The position numbers were made by a program, and so were the translations under genes. This document shows, piece after piece, positions 15,407-17,145 of a DNA stretch of 17,145 nucleotides. The notes under the pieces were generated by a model that was not told the DNA's origin, made no database searches, and saw only the letters and a program-made list of their open reading frames with translations. The stretch lies in the IMG/VR virus record IMGVR_UViG_3300029843_000117; one strand, given 5' to 3'. The stretch is from a virus. Taxonomy: Duplodnaviria; Heunggongvirae; Uroviricota; Caudoviricetes. Numbering within the stretch: the first letter of the stretch is position 1; each line of letters starts with the position of its first letter.

Positions 15407-16174
15407 ATGACAGTGAAAGCAAAGCGTTTTCGCATCGGGGTGGAAGGTGCCACCACCGATGGACGCGAAATCCAGCGTGAATGGCTGGAACAGATGGCAG
15501 CCAGCTACAACCCGGCGGTGTATACCGCGCTGATTAACCTTGAGCACATCAAGTCTTATCTGCCGGACAGCACCTTTAACCGCTACGGCAAGGTGACGGC
15601 GCTGTTTGCTGAAGAAATTACGGAAGGTCCGCTGGCAGGCAAGATGGCATTGTATGCCGACGTTGAGCCAACGGAGTCCCTGGTGGAACTGGTGAAAAAA
15701 GGCCAGAAATTATTCACCTCTATGGAAGTCAGCCCGAAGTTTGCTGATACGGGCAAAGCCTACCTGGTCGGCCTGGCTGCCACTGATGATCCAGCCAGTC
15801 TGGGTACGGAAATGCTGACATTCAGCGCCAGTGCAGCCCATAACCCGCTGGCAAACCGCAAGCAGAATCCTGCCAATCTCTTTACCGCTGCAGAGGAAAC
15901 GGTGATCGAACTGGAAGAAGTCCAGGATGACAAACCGTCCCTGTTTGCCCGCGTCACGGCGTTGTTTACCAAAAAAGAGCAGTCCGATGACGCCCGGTTC
16001 GCTGATGTGCATAAGGCCGTGGAGCTGGTCGCCACTGAGCAGCAGAACCTGAGCGCACGCACCGAAAAATCCCTGTCTGAGCAGGAAGAACGCCTGTCTG
16101 AACTGGAGACTGCTCTGCAGGAGCAGCAATCTGTTATTCATCCGGCAGGGGCAGGGCAAAAGCGCCACTGGTAA
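15407..16174 (+). CDS. O: Capsid scaffolding protein (P2 gpO-like), probably 3'-truncated
   Basis: 255 aa. The N-terminus MTVKAKRFRIGVEGATTDGR resembles P2 gpO (..KFFRIGVEGDTCDGR as recalled). P2 gpO is about 284 aa, and this ORF ends abruptly (..HPAGAGQKRHW*) just before a D-like fragment. Confidence 0.7.
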   Translation: MTVKAKRFRIGVEGATTDGREIQREWLEQMAASYNPAVYTALINLEHIKSYLPDSTFNRYGKVTALFAEEITEGPLAGKMALYADVEPTESLVELVKKGQKLFTSMEVSPKFADTGKAYLVGLAATDDPASLGTEMLTFSASAAHNPLANRKQNPANLFTAAEETVIELEEVQDDKPSLFARVTALFTKKEQSDDARFADVHKAVELVATEQQNLSARTEKSLSEQEERLSELETALQEQQSVIHPAGAGQKRHW

Positions 16175-16184
16175 ACCACTGCCG

Positions 16185-16679
16185 GTGATCACTATCACAC
16201 GGAAGGACGGCGACAGTCACCGCTTTACCCTGGCAGATCGCGGAGCCTACACGGGCGTAATTGCCAGCTGGTTGCATACCCGCGAACCCGCGAAGAAAGA
16301 AAGCACCACGGTGAAGCGTAAGCGCAGGACTAAGAAGCAGAAGAAAGAGCCGGAAGCGAAGCAGGGCGATTACCTGGTGGGGACGGATGAAAACGTGCTG
16401 GTACTTAATCGCACTTATGCCAACCGGAGCAACGCCGAACGAGCGGCGAAAATGCAGTGGGAACGCCTGCAACGCGGTGTTGCGTCATTCTCGCTACAAC
16501 TGGCGGAAGGTCGGGCAGATCTCTACACGGATATGCCTGTGAAGGTCAGTGGCTTTAAACAGCCGATAGATGATGCGGAATGGACCATTACCACCCTGAC
16601 ACATACTGTCAGCCCGGATAATGGTTTTACGACCAGTCTGGAGCTTGAAGTGAGGATTGATGATTTCGAAATGGAATGA
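16185..16679 (+). pseudogene. D: C-terminal fragment of tail protein D (P2 gpD / late control D family)
   Basis: 164-aa ORF immediately upstream of ogr, as D is in P2. It has no proper start context (GTG at 16185, upstream frame open but unrelated). Several kb of structural genes expected between O and D are absent. Confidence 0.55.
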
Positions 16680-16769
16680 TTCTTCGCAATGGAGAACTTT
16701 TAAGTTTGCAAAATGGAATAATGCGGTATCATTATTGTGAATTTAGCAAAAATGGGGAGAACTCGAAAA

Positions 16770-16988
16770 ATGATGATTTGCCCACTGTGTGGAAGTGCCG
16801 CCCATACTCGCAGCAGTTTTCAGGTATCTTCATTGACCAAAGAGCGTTACAACCAGTGCCAGAACATTAACTGCAGCCATACTTTTGTTACCCATGAAAC
16901 TTTTGTTCGTTCGATTGCAACGCCAAAAGAGTCAAATCCGGTTCAGCCGCATCCAATGAAATCAGGACAGGTGGCGCTCTCTCTTTGA
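16770..16988 (+). CDS. ogr: Late gene transcriptional activator Ogr (zinc-finger)
   Basis: 72 aa from ATG 16770, with RBS ggggaga at 16754-16760. MMICPLCGSAAHTRSS..KERYNQCQNINCSHTF..PHPMKSGQ resembles P2 Ogr (MFHCPLCQHAAHARTS..KERYHQCQNVNCSATF..PHPLPSGQ as recalled). Confidence 0.85.
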   Translation: MMICPLCGSAAHTRSSFQVSSLTKERYNQCQNINCSHTFVTHETFVRSIATPKESNPVQPHPMKSGQVALSL

Positions 16989-17065
16989 CTCTGCCGCCAT
17001 TTTGTCGCCATCGTTAAAAAACAGTGTTTCTAACATCATGATTTTAAACAGCTTAAATTTCAGGC

Positions 17066-17079
17066 AACAAAAAACCCAT
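17066..17079. repeat. Right copy of the 14-bp direct repeat; candidate attR core
   Basis: aacaaaaaacccat is identical to 179-192 and overlaps the 3' terminator of the sRNA at 17069-17145. Confidence 0.6.
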
Positions 17080-17145
17080 CAACCTTGAACCGAAATGGCG
17101 GGGTTGATGGGCTCCACAAAATGGGGACATCAAAGAAAAGCAGTG
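17069..17145 (-). ncRNA. rybB: RybB small RNA (sigmaE-dependent Hfq-binding sRNA); its first ~2 nt lie beyond the window
   Basis: The minus strand reads cactgcttttctttgatgtccccattttgtggagcccatcaaccccgccatttcggttcaaggttgatgggtttttt, matching RybB as I recall it (GCCACUGCUUUUCUUUGAUGUCCCCA...GGUUGAUGGGUUUUUU). It ends in an intrinsic terminator hairpin (cccatcaacc / ggttgatggg) plus a U6 tract. Confidence 0.8.

Larger units (their letters stand above)
179..17079. mobile_element. Defective P2/186-family prophage (int to ogr), about 16.9 kb, lacking most structural genes
   Basis: Gene order int-cI-apl-cII-...-A-(accessory)-cos-Q-P-O'-'D-ogr matches a P2/186 prophage map. It is bounded by the identical 14-mer aacaaaaaacccat at 179-192 and 17066-17079. 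P2-type genomes are roughly 30-33 kb, so about half is missing. Confidence 0.8.

Noticed and set aside
16676-16870. 64-aa ORF overlapping the ogr start
   Set aside because: It is out of frame with the clearly recognisable Ogr zinc-finger ORF and has no independent support.
17060-17145. tRNA gene as integration target at the right end
   Set aside because: The sequence has no tRNA-like acceptor or T-arm arrangement (no GGTTCGAATCC-type T-loop). It matches the RybB sRNA and its terminator instead.

Overview
The window looks like an almost complete, degraded P2/186-family prophage of an enterobacterial (E. coli-like) chromosome. It appears to sit between the 3' end of a chromosomal gene (1-162) and the sRNA gene rybB (minus strand, 17069-17145), flanked by a 14-bp direct repeat (179-192 and 17066-17079) that I interpret as the att core. 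Read left to right: tyrosine integrase, an AT-rich cargo gene, a 186-type lysis/lysogeny switch (cI, pR/operator, apl, cII), small early genes, a TraR/DksA-like zinc finger, a Dam methylase, and replication gene A. Gene A is broken by a 26-bp tandem duplication that shifts the frame. Beyond A lies an AT-rich accessory region with a LexA box, a DinI-like gene and a 525-aa protein with a TPR-like N-terminus and a HEPN-type Rx4H motif, then a cos-like site, portal Q and terminase P, a possibly truncated scaffold gene O, a C-terminal fragment of tail gene D, and ogr. The capsid, lysis and most tail genes are absent, so this is a defective prophage that still carries its accessory genes. The two most interesting candidates are the cargo genes: the 558-aa membrane-anchored coiled-coil protein with a T5orf172/GIY-YIG-like C-terminus (between int and cI) and the 525-aa HEPN-motif protein (between A and cos). 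All family assignments come from reading the translations and recalled motifs; no database search or computation was run.
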